A stretch of DNA of 64,000 nt from Coriobacteriales bacterium (lineage in GTDB: Bacteria; Actinomycetota; Coriobacteriia; Coriobacteriales; QAMH01). The DNA lies in NCBI GenBank assembly GCA_051876105.1, contig JBJEHN010000073.1, positions 4,555 through 68,554 on the forward strand, written 5' to 3'. A program made the translations under genes and the position numbers. Position 1 is the stretch's first letter, and each line of letters begins with the position of its first letter. This document shows, in pieces, positions 45,998-53,446 of the stretch. Under the pieces are notes generated by a model. The model did not search any database and was not told the origin of the DNA. It worked only from the letters and a program-made list of their open reading frames with translations.

Positions 45998-46074
45998 GCC
46001 TCCTTAGCTCAGTTGGATAGAGCATCGGACTTCTAATCCGGCGGTCGCAGGTTCGAGCCCTGCAGGGGGCGCCA
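45998..46074 (+). tRNA. tRNA-Arg (anticodon TCT), CCA encoded
   Basis: GCCTCCTTAGCTCAGTTGGATAGAGCATCGGACTTCTAATCCGGCGGTCGCAGGTTCGAGCCCTGCAGGGGGCGCCA. 77 nt, cloverleaf checked by hand, anticodon loop CTTCTAA. Confidence 0.92.
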
Positions 46075-46087
46075 GCTCGAGCAACAC

Positions 46088-46116
46088 GGGCCGGGGGCGG
46101 CGCACGCCCCCGGCCC
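46088..46116. terminator. Bidirectional terminator between tRNA-Arg(TCT) and the RHH gene
   Basis: GGGCCGGGGGC-GGCGCAC-GCCCCCGGCCC (11-bp stem), followed by GTTCGCGTTCTTC. Confidence 0.6.
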
Positions 46117-46143
46117 GTTCGCGTTCTTCGGCAGGCCGCGCGC

Positions 46144-46530
46144 CTACAGGCCCTTGGCCTTGAGCAGCTTCACGGTCTCGACGAGCTCGCGCAAGGTGAG
46201 GTCGATCTGCCCCTCGAGCTCGCGGAGGTTGCGCAGGTCGTCTGCCACCGTCATGTCGACGGTGCCCTGGCTGCGCGCGAGGTGGCGGCGCAGCTGGGTC
46301 TCGACGTCTACCAGGCGCTTTTTCACACCCACGACCTCGAGCCCAATGCGCGCCAGGCTCTCGCTGCTGCCCGCGCGCTGGCTCTCCTCGTAGAGGTCGA
46401 GCAAGTACGACGAGATCGACTTGCCCTGCTCCGTGGCAGACGCGGCGATGGCGTCCTTCTGCGCGGGGTTGCAGCTGATGTTGAGGCGGCCGGTGTGGTA
46501 CTCGCCCTCTTTCTTCCTGCGTATAGCCAT
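46144..46530 (-). CDS. Small ribbon-helix-helix (CopG/MobC-like) protein with a C-terminal coiled coil
   Basis: 128 aa from MAIRRKKEGEYHTGRLNISCNPAQKDAIAASATEQGKSISSYLLDLYEES (a beta-strand then helix-helix pattern). High GC3. The ATG lies 8 nt after the moaB stop. It is hidden inside a 385-aa composite track ORF. Confidence 0.6.
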   Translation of the reverse strand: MAIRRKKEGEYHTGRLNISCNPAQKDAIAASATEQGKSISSYLLDLYEESQRAGSSESLARIGLEVVGVKKRLVDVETQLRRHLARSQGTVDMTVADDLRNLRELEGQIDLTLRELVETVKLLKAKGL

Positions 46531-46538
46531 GGAGCCCC

Positions 46539-47015
46539 CTACTTGTGGCCCTCGCCGGCCATCATGTGAACCGCATGCTCGAACTGCCCGTACACGGCCT
46601 CGAAGTTCTCCTCTGCAGCCTTCTTGCTGCCAGGGAGGTTGACCACCAGGCAGCGCCCGCGCTGGGCGGCGGTTGCGCGGCTCAGCATGGCGCGGCCGGT
46701 CTTGGTCATGGAGTATGCCCTCATTGCCTCGCCGATGCCGGGGACCTCGCGGTCGCAGACGGCGAGCGTGGTCTCCGGGGTGACGTCGCGCAGGCTCAGG
46801 CCGCTGCCGCCGCAGGTGAGGACGATGTCTGCCTTGAGCTCGTCGGCTGCGGCGATGATCGCGCTGCCGATCTGGGAGGCCTCGTCCTTGACGATGACAT
46901 GGCTTGCCACCTCCCAGCCGTTGGCGCGGATGAGTTCCTCGAGGCGCATGCCGGCGGTGTCTTCCTCGATGGTGCGGGTGTCGCTGCAGGTGATGATCGC
47001 AAAGCGCAGTGCCAT
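46539..47015 (-). CDS. moaB: MoaB/MogA-family molybdenum cofactor biosynthesis protein
   Basis: 158 aa: FAIITCSDTRT...DIVLTCGGSGLSLRDVTPE...NLPGSKKAA. Confidence 0.88.
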   Translation of the reverse strand: MALRFAIITCSDTRTIEEDTAGMRLEELIRANGWEVASHVIVKDEASQIGSAIIAAADELKADIVLTCGGSGLSLRDVTPETTLAVCDREVPGIGEAMRAYSMTKTGRAMLSRATAAQRGRCLVVNLPGSKKAAEENFEAVYGQFEHAVHMMAGEGHK

Positions 47016-47030
47016 GGTGTTCCTCGCTCC

Positions 47031-47585
47031 CTAGTCCCTGGTCCAAAGGCCGGTCTTGCCGCCCTCCTTGCGCAGCAGGCGCACGTCGCAGATCTCCATG
47101 CCGCGGTCGACGGCCTTGCACATATCGTAGACCGTGAGCAGCGCGATCGAGACGCCGGTGAGGGCCTCCATCTCGATGCCGGTCTTGCCGGTGACGCCGG
47201 TGGTCATGACGGCGTGGATGCCCACGCGGCCGTCCTCGCGCTCGCCGGGCAGGATGGGCTCGAGGTCGCACTTGGACTTGGTGAGGTTGAGCGGGTGGCA
47301 CATGGGGATGAGGCTGCTGGTCTGCTTGCAGCCCATGATGCCCGCCACGCGAGCGCAGGCCAGGACGTCGCCCTTGGCCGCAGTGCCCTCGACGATCATG
47401 TCGAGGGTGTCTTGGTGCATGAAGATGAAGCCCTCTGCGGTGGCGATGCGCTGGGTGTCTGCCTTGGCAGAGACGTCGACCATGCGCACGGCGCCGTGCT
47501 CGTCGACGTGGGTCAGCGCGCCGGTGTCTGCTCCGGTGATCTGCGCGGTGCCGGCAGAGAGCCCGCCGGGGATGGTGTCGCTCAT
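47031..47585 (-). CDS. moaC: Cyclic pyranopterin monophosphate synthase MoaC
   Basis: 184 aa: LTHVDEHGAVRMVDVSAK...KGDVLACARVAGIMGCKQTSSLIPMCHPL...GIEMEALTGVSIALLTVYDMCKA. Confidence 0.93.
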   Translation of the reverse strand: MSDTIPGGLSAGTAQITGADTGALTHVDEHGAVRMVDVSAKADTQRIATAEGFIFMHQDTLDMIVEGTAAKGDVLACARVAGIMGCKQTSSLIPMCHPLNLTKSKCDLEPILPGEREDGRVGIHAVMTTGVTGKTGIEMEALTGVSIALLTVYDMCKAVDRGMEICDVRLLRKEGGKTGLWTRD

Positions 47586-47655
47586 GGGTTGGCTTCCTTT
47601 CGTGTTCGCTGGCCCCGCGATGCGGGGCGTGTGGCTGGTGTGGCTGGTGGGGCGG

Positions 47656-48654
47656 CTAGCCGCCGATCTGGCTCATGCGGCGATCGGTGCCCTCGCGGTG
47701 GTGGTGGGCGTCGGGCTTGACGTTGAGGGCGGCGTAGAGGGCGTTGCGGACGTCGTCGTCGCTGCCCTGCAGGGCCGCCTTGACGTCGATCTCCTCGTCG
47801 CTGAACAGGCAGGGGCGGATCTTGCCGTCTGCCGTAAGGCGCAGGCGGTTGCACTGCGCGCAGAAGTGGTTGCTCACCGCGCTGATGAAGCCCACGGTGC
47901 CCTGGGCGCCCGGGAACCTCCAGTAGCGGGCGGGGCCGCCTCCGCCGGGGGCGTCCTCCTTGGAGAGGGGCTCAAGCGCGGGCAGACCCTCCGCGGCTGC
48001 CGCGTCGTCGATGATCTGGCGCAGCTCCTCACTGGGGATGGTGTCGTGGATGTCCCAGCCGGAGCCCGTGCCGCCGCTGCTCTCTCCCACGGGCATGTAC
48101 TCGATGAAGCGCACGTGCAGCGGGCGGTCGAGCGACATCTTGGCGAACTCCAGGAAGTTCTGGTGCTCGCTGCGCACGGCCACAGCGTTGATCTTGACCG
48201 GGTCGAAGCCGTACTCCAGCGCGCAGTCGATGGCGGCGAAAACGTCCTCTATCTTGCCGAGGCGGGTTATCTCGCGGTACTTGTCCGCATCGAGGGTGTC
48301 GAGGCTGATGTTCACGCGGTCGAGCCCGGCGTCCTTGAGCTCGCGCGCCATGCGCGGCAGCAGAATGCCGTTGGTGGTGAGGCTCACGTCCTGGATGCCG
48401 GCGGCCTTGATGTCTGTGATGAGGCTCACGAGGCCCTTCTTCACCAGGGGCTCGCCGCCGGTGAGGCGCACCTTCTTGATGCCCTCCTCGGCTGCGATGC
48501 GGGCCACGCGGGCGATCTCCTCGATGCGCAGCATCTCCTTGTGCGACTTCCACGCCACGCCCTCGGCCGGCATGCAGTAGATGCAGCGCAGATTGCAGCG
48601 GTCTGTCACAGAGATGCGCAGGTAGTCTATCTCTCTGCCAAGATGGTCCTTCAC
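47656..48654 (-). CDS. moaA: GTP 3',8-cyclase MoaA (radical SAM)
   Basis: 332 aa: YLRISVTDRCNLRCIYCMP. GTG start with a GGGAGGAGAG RBS. Confidence 0.95.
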   Translation of the reverse strand: MKDHLGREIDYLRISVTDRCNLRCIYCMPAEGVAWKSHKEMLRIEEIARVARIAAEEGIKKVRLTGGEPLVKKGLVSLITDIKAAGIQDVSLTTNGILLPRMARELKDAGLDRVNISLDTLDADKYREITRLGKIEDVFAAIDCALEYGFDPVKINAVAVRSEHQNFLEFAKMSLDRPLHVRFIEYMPVGESSGGTGSGWDIHDTIPSEELRQIIDDAAAAEGLPALEPLSKEDAPGGGGPARYWRFPGAQGTVGFISAVSNHFCAQCNRLRLTADGKIRPCLFSDEEIDVKAALQGSDDDVRNALYAALNVKPDAHHHREGTDRRMSQIGG

Positions 48655-48705
48655 GGTCTCTCCTCCCTTGGTCCGGGGCCGATGATAGCGCCCCGGCGCA
48701 TTACG

Positions 48706-49257
48706 TTAGAGCTTGGGGTCGCGGATGCCAGCGAGCTGGCAGAAGTAGCGGGCGACCTCCAGGTGGTCTTCCAGCCCGAAGACGGGCTTGCCTTCCGCGC
48801 ACACCTGCTCGGCGAACGCGGGGTTGTCGGTGATGAGGGCGATGCGCTCCTCGGGGGCCAGCTTGAGGCCCTTGCCGTTGGCGACGCGGCTGAGCTCAAC
48901 GGCGCCCTCCGCATCCACGCGGAAGCCCTCGACGATGACGAAGTCGACCTCGGCGCCGATCTGCGCGATGAGCTCGTCGCGCGTGACCTCCCCCTGGGGT
49001 GTCGAGCGAAAGATCGCGTACTGCATGGCGCTGGAGAGCACCACGGGGTTGGCGCCGGCCTGGGCGTACTTCCAGGAGTCCTTGCCCTTCTGATCCACCG
49101 TCTCTGCCTTGTGGCCGTGGTGCTTGATGACGCCCACGCTGTAGCCCGCGGCGGTGAGTATCTCGACTACCTTGGTGAAAAACGTCGTCTTACCGGAGTT
49201 GGACCAGCCGGTGACGGTGATGACGGGCACACCCGCCGTTACGGGAGCTAGCTGCAT
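48706..49257 (-). CDS. mobB: Molybdopterin-guanine dinucleotide biosynthesis adapter MobB
   Basis: 183 aa with P-loop GWSNSGKTT..VGVIKHHGH. Confidence 0.85.
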   Translation of the reverse strand: MQLAPVTAGVPVITVTGWSNSGKTTFFTKVVEILTAAGYSVGVIKHHGHKAETVDQKGKDSWKYAQAGANPVVLSSAMQYAIFRSTPQGEVTRDELIAQIGAEVDFVIVEGFRVDAEGAVELSRVANGKGLKLAPEERIALITDNPAFAEQVCAEGKPVFGLEDHLEVARYFCQLAGIRDPKL

Positions 49258-49371
49258 GGAGCCTCCATTTGGTGCAGTTTATTTGACGTTAAGGATACCC
49301 CATGCGCGCACTGAGCGCCCCCAGGGCTCCCCCTCCCCCGCCAAGGCGTTACCTCGCCCGCCAAAGGCGCT

Positions 49372-50289
49372 CTAGCTGCGCGGGGCGGCCTTCTCCCCAG
49401 ATGCCTTGGGCCCGCTCAACTCGGAGACGAGGATAGCGGCGAAGATGAGGGCAAACCCCAGCAGCAGCCGCGGTGTGAGCGCCTCGCCGAAGAAGGCCAC
49501 GCTGAAGACCGTCCCGAAGACGCTCTCCAGGGCGAAGAGCAAGCTCACCTGGGCGGGTGGCACGTGGGTTTGGGCGAGGTTCTGCGCCGTGCTGGCATAG
49601 CAGCTGCCCAAGACGACGATGTAGGCCATCTGCAGCAGGAAGGCGGGCTCGGTGAACGCCTGCGGCTCGAAGGGGATGCCGAGCAGCAGGCCCGCGACGG
49701 CGGCGAAGGCCCCGCTGCTGAGCATCTGCACCACGGTGACGGCCACCACGTCGTGCTGGCGGATGAGCAGGGCGATCGAGACGATCTCTGCGCCGTAGAG
49801 CACGGCCGAAAGCGCGCTCACGCCGTCCCCCCAGCTGACGCTCAGGTCGCCCTGCAGGGTCACGAGCGCCATGCCCGCAACGCACACGGCAGCAGCGAGG
49901 AGCTTGCGCGCACTGGGGCGGCGGCGGGCCACGAGCCACCAGATGAAGGGCACGGTCACGCAGTAGCAAGCCGAGAGGAAGGCGTTCTTGGCGGGCGTCG
50001 TGCCGCTCAGGCCCCAGAACTGGCTGCCGTAGCCCAAGAAGCTGAAGAAGCCGATGACGATGCCGGCCTTGAGGAGCCCGGGGCTCATGGTGCGGCGCAC
50101 CCGCGGGAGGAAGGCGAGCCCCAGCAGCGCGCCTGCCAGGGCAAAGCGCACGGCGATGACCCAGACGGGGTGCAGGGAGCCCACGGCGAACTTGGACACG
50201 ACGAAGTTGCCGCCCCAGATGACGGTGGCGCTCACCAGCACCAAGCGGAAGAACCACTCGGGGCGCTCTGCGGGCTTGTCCTGTGCCAA
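49372..50289 (-). CDS. DMT-superfamily (EamA-type) transporter
   Basis: 305 aa, about 10 TM segments, two EamA-like halves. TTG start per the track. Confidence 0.8.
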   Translation of the reverse strand: MAQDKPAERPEWFFRLVLVSATVIWGGNFVVSKFAVGSLHPVWVIAVRFALAGALLGLAFLPRVRRTMSPGLLKAGIVIGFFSFLGYGSQFWGLSGTTPAKNAFLSACYCVTVPFIWWLVARRRPSARKLLAAAVCVAGMALVTLQGDLSVSWGDGVSALSAVLYGAEIVSIALLIRQHDVVAVTVVQMLSSGAFAAVAGLLLGIPFEPQAFTEPAFLLQMAYIVVLGSCYASTAQNLAQTHVPPAQVSLLFALESVFGTVFSVAFFGEALTPRLLLGFALIFAAILVSELSGPKASGEKAAPRS

Positions 50290-50344
50290 GATAGGCCCCC
50301 AACATCAAAACAGGCCGCCACGAGGGCAGCCCGGTACAGTGCTA

Positions 50345-50419
<75 letters not shown>

Positions 50420-50545
50420 GCGTAGCGAGGTAGTCTAGCACAACTTGGCCCCACACGCAGGCAGCGGCTGGTATCATCGGCCCCAAACGCACGCAGAAGC
50501 CGACCCCGGCTCACGCAGCCACCCGTACCAGAGAAGGAGCAGAGC

Positions 50546-51163
50546 ATGAAGGTTCTCATGATTAACGGAAGCCCCCGCGAAGGCGGCAACACCGCCTTGG
50601 CGCTGGCAGAGATGGCCAAGGTCTTGCAGGAGGAGGGCGCAGAGGTCGAGACCGTCCAGGTGGGCCGCGAGGCAGTCCGCGGCTGCGTGGCCTGCTACGG
50701 CTGCGGCAAGCTCGGCAAATGCGTCTACGACGACATGGTCAACGAACTGGCACCCAAGTTCGCCGAGGCAGACGGCCTGGTGGTGGGCTCGCCCGTCTAC
50801 TATGCCAGCGCCAACGCCACCCTGAGCGCCCTGCTCGACCGCCTCTTCATGAGCACCAAGTTCGACAAGACCATGAAGGTGGGCGCGGCCGTGGCCGTGG
50901 CCCGCAGGGGCGGCATCACCGCCACCTTCGACCAGCTCAACAAGTACTTCTTCATCAGCGGCATGCCCGTGGCCAGCGGCCAGTACTGGAACGGCGTGCA
51001 CGGCCGCATCCCCGGCGAGGCAGACCAGGACCTCGAGGGCATGCAGCAGATGCGCACCCTGGCACGCAACATGGCCTTCCTCATGAAGTCCATCGCCTTG
51101 GGCAAGGAGGCCTACGGCCTGCCCGAGCGCGAGGAGAGCATCCACACCAACATGATCCGCTAA
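50546..51163 (+). CDS. Iron-sulfur flavoprotein-like NAD(P)H-dependent FMN reductase (flavodoxin fold)
   Basis: 205 aa: MKVLMINGSPREGGNT, a compact Cys motif CVACYGCGKLGKC (CX2CX2CX5C), and SPVYY. AAGGAG RBS. Confidence 0.85.
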   Translation: MKVLMINGSPREGGNTALALAEMAKVLQEEGAEVETVQVGREAVRGCVACYGCGKLGKCVYDDMVNELAPKFAEADGLVVGSPVYYASANATLSALLDRLFMSTKFDKTMKVGAAVAVARRGGITATFDQLNKYFFISGMPVASGQYWNGVHGRIPGEADQDLEGMQQMRTLARNMAFLMKSIALGKEAYGLPEREESIHTNMIR

Positions 51164-51195
51164 GCCAGCGCAGGGTAGCGCAGGCCACAGCATGG

Positions 51196-51221
51196 AAAAG
51201 GCGCCCCGCGAGGCGCCTTTT
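51196..51221. terminator. Bidirectional terminator between the flavoprotein gene and tRNA-Pro
   Basis: AAAAGGCGCC-CCGCGA-GGCGCCTTTT, with A- and T-tracts on both sides. Confidence 0.7.
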
Positions 51222-51231
51222 GCGTTTGAGG

Positions 51232-51308
51232 TGGTCGGGGTGACAGGATTCGAACCTGCGACATCCTGCTCCCAAAGCAGGCGCGCTACCAGGCTGCGCC
51301 ACACCCCG
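51232..51308 (-). tRNA. tRNA-Pro (anticodon TGG), CCA encoded
   Basis: The minus strand reads CGGGGTGTGGCGCAGCCTGGTAGCGCGCCTGCTTTGGGAGCAGGATGTCGCAGGTTCGAATCCTGTCACCCCGACCA. Confidence 0.92.
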
Positions 51309-51361
51309 ACGTGCGAGCGGGCCCCATGATACCCGATTGGAGGGGCCCTGGGGCAAGGTCT

Positions 51362-52576
51362 TTAGACCAGGCGGGCGAACTTGCGCTTGCCCACCTGCAG
51401 CACGGCGCCTGCCAGCTCCTGAGCGGGGACGTTGTAGGTCTTGGCGGCCAGGGCCTGTCCGTTGACCTTCACGCCGCCGCCGTCGATGAGCCTGCGGGCC
51501 TCGCCGTTGGTGCCGGCCAGCTTGCAGGCAACCAGCACGGGCGGCAGGAAGACCCCGCCCTTCTCCGCGTCGTCCACCAGCTCGATGGAGAACTCCTCGA
51601 TGTCCTCGGGGGCCTCGTGCTCCTTGAAGAGCTTGTCGAAGGCCTCCTCGGCCGCCGCGGCGTCTTGCGCGGAGTGGTAGATGGTGACGAGCTCGCGGCC
51701 CAGCTGGCGCTTGACCTTGTTGGGGTGCAGCTCGCCGCTGGCCAGGCCGGCCTCGATGGCGTCGACCTCGGCAACAGGCATGGCGGTGGCCACGCGGAAG
51801 TACTTGACCATCAGCTCATCGGGGATGCTCATGACCTTGCCGAACATGTCAGCCGGCTCGTCTGTGAGGCCGATGTAGTTGCCGTAGCTCTTGGACATCT
51901 TCTTCACGCCATCAGTACCCTCGAGCAGGGGCAGGGTGAGCGCCACCTGGGGCTCCATGCCCAGCTTCTCCATGAGCTCGCGGCCCGCCAGCAGGTTGAA
52001 GAGCTGGTCGCTGCCGCCGATCTCCACGTCTGCCTTGATGACGACGGAGTCGTAGGCCTGCATGACCGGGTAGAGGAACTCGTGCAGGGCGATGGGCAGG
52101 TGGTTGGTGTAGCGGTTGTTGAAGTCGTCGCGCTCGAGGATGCGGGCAACCGTGAAGTTGGAGAGGATGCTCAACAGCTTTGCCAGGTCAAGGCTGAGGA
52201 TCCACTCGCTGTTGTGGCGGACGTCGGTCTTGGCGGGGTCGAGGATCTTCATGGCCTGGTCCATATAGGTCTGGGCGTTGGCCTCGATCTGCTCCTTGGA
52301 GAGCTGGGGGCGGGTTGAGTTGCGCCCGCTGGGGTCGCCGATGAGGGCGGTGCCGTCGCCGATGATGAGGGTGACGCGATGGCCCAGGTCCTGGAACTGT
52401 CGCAGCTTGCGCAGGGGCACGGCGTGGCCGATGTGCAGGTCCGGGCTGGTGGGGTCGACGCCCAGCTTGATGTTGAGGGGCTCGCCGCGGTCCAGCTTCT
52501 CCTTCAGGCCGTCGAGGGGCTTTATCTCATGAACACCCGACTGGATGATGTGGAGCTGTTCTTCTGTGGAAAGCAT
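51362..52576 (-). CDS. tyrS: Tyrosine--tRNA ligase
   Basis: About 404 aa from MLSTEEQLHII; HIGH motif (DLHIGHAV), KMSKS, and a C-terminal S4-like domain. The track ORF extends to 52642 through the upstream hairpin. Confidence 0.94.
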   Translation of the reverse strand: MLSTEEQLHIIQSGVHEIKPLDGLKEKLDRGEPLNIKLGVDPTSPDLHIGHAVPLRKLRQFQDLGHRVTLIIGDGTALIGDPSGRNSTRPQLSKEQIEANAQTYMDQAMKILDPAKTDVRHNSEWILSLDLAKLLSILSNFTVARILERDDFNNRYTNHLPIALHEFLYPVMQAYDSVVIKADVEIGGSDQLFNLLAGRELMEKLGMEPQVALTLPLLEGTDGVKKMSKSYGNYIGLTDEPADMFGKVMSIPDELMVKYFRVATAMPVAEVDAIEAGLASGELHPNKVKRQLGRELVTIYHSAQDAAAAEEAFDKLFKEHEAPEDIEEFSIELVDDAEKGGVFLPPVLVACKLAGTNGEARRLIDGGGVKVNGQALAAKTYNVPAQELAGAVLQVGKRKFARLV

Positions 52577-52602
52577 AGGTGCCTGACCTTTCCGTGGAAA
52601 TG

Positions 52603-52636
52603 CGAAAACGTCCCGCGATGATACCACCACGGGACG
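52603..52636 (-). terminator. Hairpin plus U-tract between upp and tyrS (upp terminator or tyrS attenuator)
   Basis: Minus-strand RNA CGUCCCG-UGGUGGUAUCAUCG-CGGGACG followed by UUUUCGCAUUU. It ends about 27 nt upstream of the tyrS ATG. Confidence 0.6.
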
Positions 52637-52675
52637 CTGCATGCCTACACGCTGGAGCCTGCCGGCTGCCGGGCG

Positions 52676-53305
52676 CTACTTGGTGCCGAAGATGCGGTCG
52701 CCCGCGTCGCCCAGGCCGGGGACGATGTAGGCGTCGTCGTTGAGGCACTCGTCGACGGCGGCGACGTAGATGTCGACGTCCGGATGGGCAGCCCGCACGG
52801 CCTCGATGCCCTGAGGTGCCGCCACGAGGTTCATGAGGCGGATGTTGGCGCAGCCGCGGGCCTTGAGGGCGCTGATGGCGTCGACGGCGCTGCCGCCCGT
52901 TGCGAGCATGGGGTCGACGACGATGACCTCGCCCTTCTCGATGCCCACGGGCATCTTGTAGTAGTACTCGACAGGCTGCTTGGTCTCCTCGTCGCGGTAC
53001 ATGCCGATGTGGCCCACGCGCGCTGTGGGAAGGAGGTTCTGCAGGCCGTCGACCAGCCCCAAGCCGGCACGCAGGATGGGGACGATGGTGATGGGAGTGT
53101 CCTCGAGCATGGGGAACTCGGCCTTGCAGATGGGCGTCTCGACCTCGACCATCTTGGTCTTGAGGTCGCGGAAGACCTCGTAGCCCATGAGCATGGAGAT
53201 CTCTGTGAGCTGGTGGCGGAAGTCCATCGACGAGGTCTCCTTGCGGCGCATGCGAGACAGCTTGTCGGAGATCAGCGGGTGGTCGAACACGTGGACTTGG
53301 CTCAT
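52676..53305 (-). CDS. upp: Uracil phosphoribosyltransferase
   Basis: 209 aa from [20 protein letters not shown]; [47 protein letters not shown]. Confidence 0.96.
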   Translation of the reverse strand: MSQVHVFDHPLISDKLSRMRRKETSSMDFRHQLTEISMLMGYEVFRDLKTKMVEVETPICKAEFPMLEDTPITIVPILRAGLGLVDGLQNLLPTARVGHIGMYRDEETKQPVEYYYKMPVGIEKGEVIVVDPMLATGGSAVDAISALKARGCANIRLMNLVAAPQGIEAVRAAHPDVDIYVAAVDECLNDDAYIVPGLGDAGDRIFGTK

Positions 53306-53446
53306 GGCAGACCCTTCCTTGTCTGTGCGGCGGCCGGCCCGGAAGCAAAGCGCGCGCTCCCTGTGCAACGACGCCACCATAGTTCATTTCCCTAAAGTAT
53401 ACTTGCGGCGGTTTTGCCTTGAAGCCTCAATCGCAAAGGAGATGGA

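Noticed and set aside
44414-46074. gshA as a tRNA-targeted genomic island or mobile element
   Set aside because: I see no integrase, no direct repeat of a tRNA 3' end, and no visible shift in composition or codon usage relative to neighbours. It is only a single gene.
49258-49371. Moco riboswitch upstream of mobB-moaA
   Set aside because: The 114-nt spacer must also hold the promoter. It contains only short CGCCTT(T)GGCGGG direct repeats and one 6-bp enclosing stem. It is too short for the ~130-150-nt Moco motif and lacks features I can recognise.
53306-53446. PyrR-type attenuator or other riboswitch in the upp/permease divergent region
   Set aside because: There is no ARUCCAGAGAGG-like PyrR binding loop and no terminator/antiterminator pair. 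The region is short and consistent with two divergent promoters.
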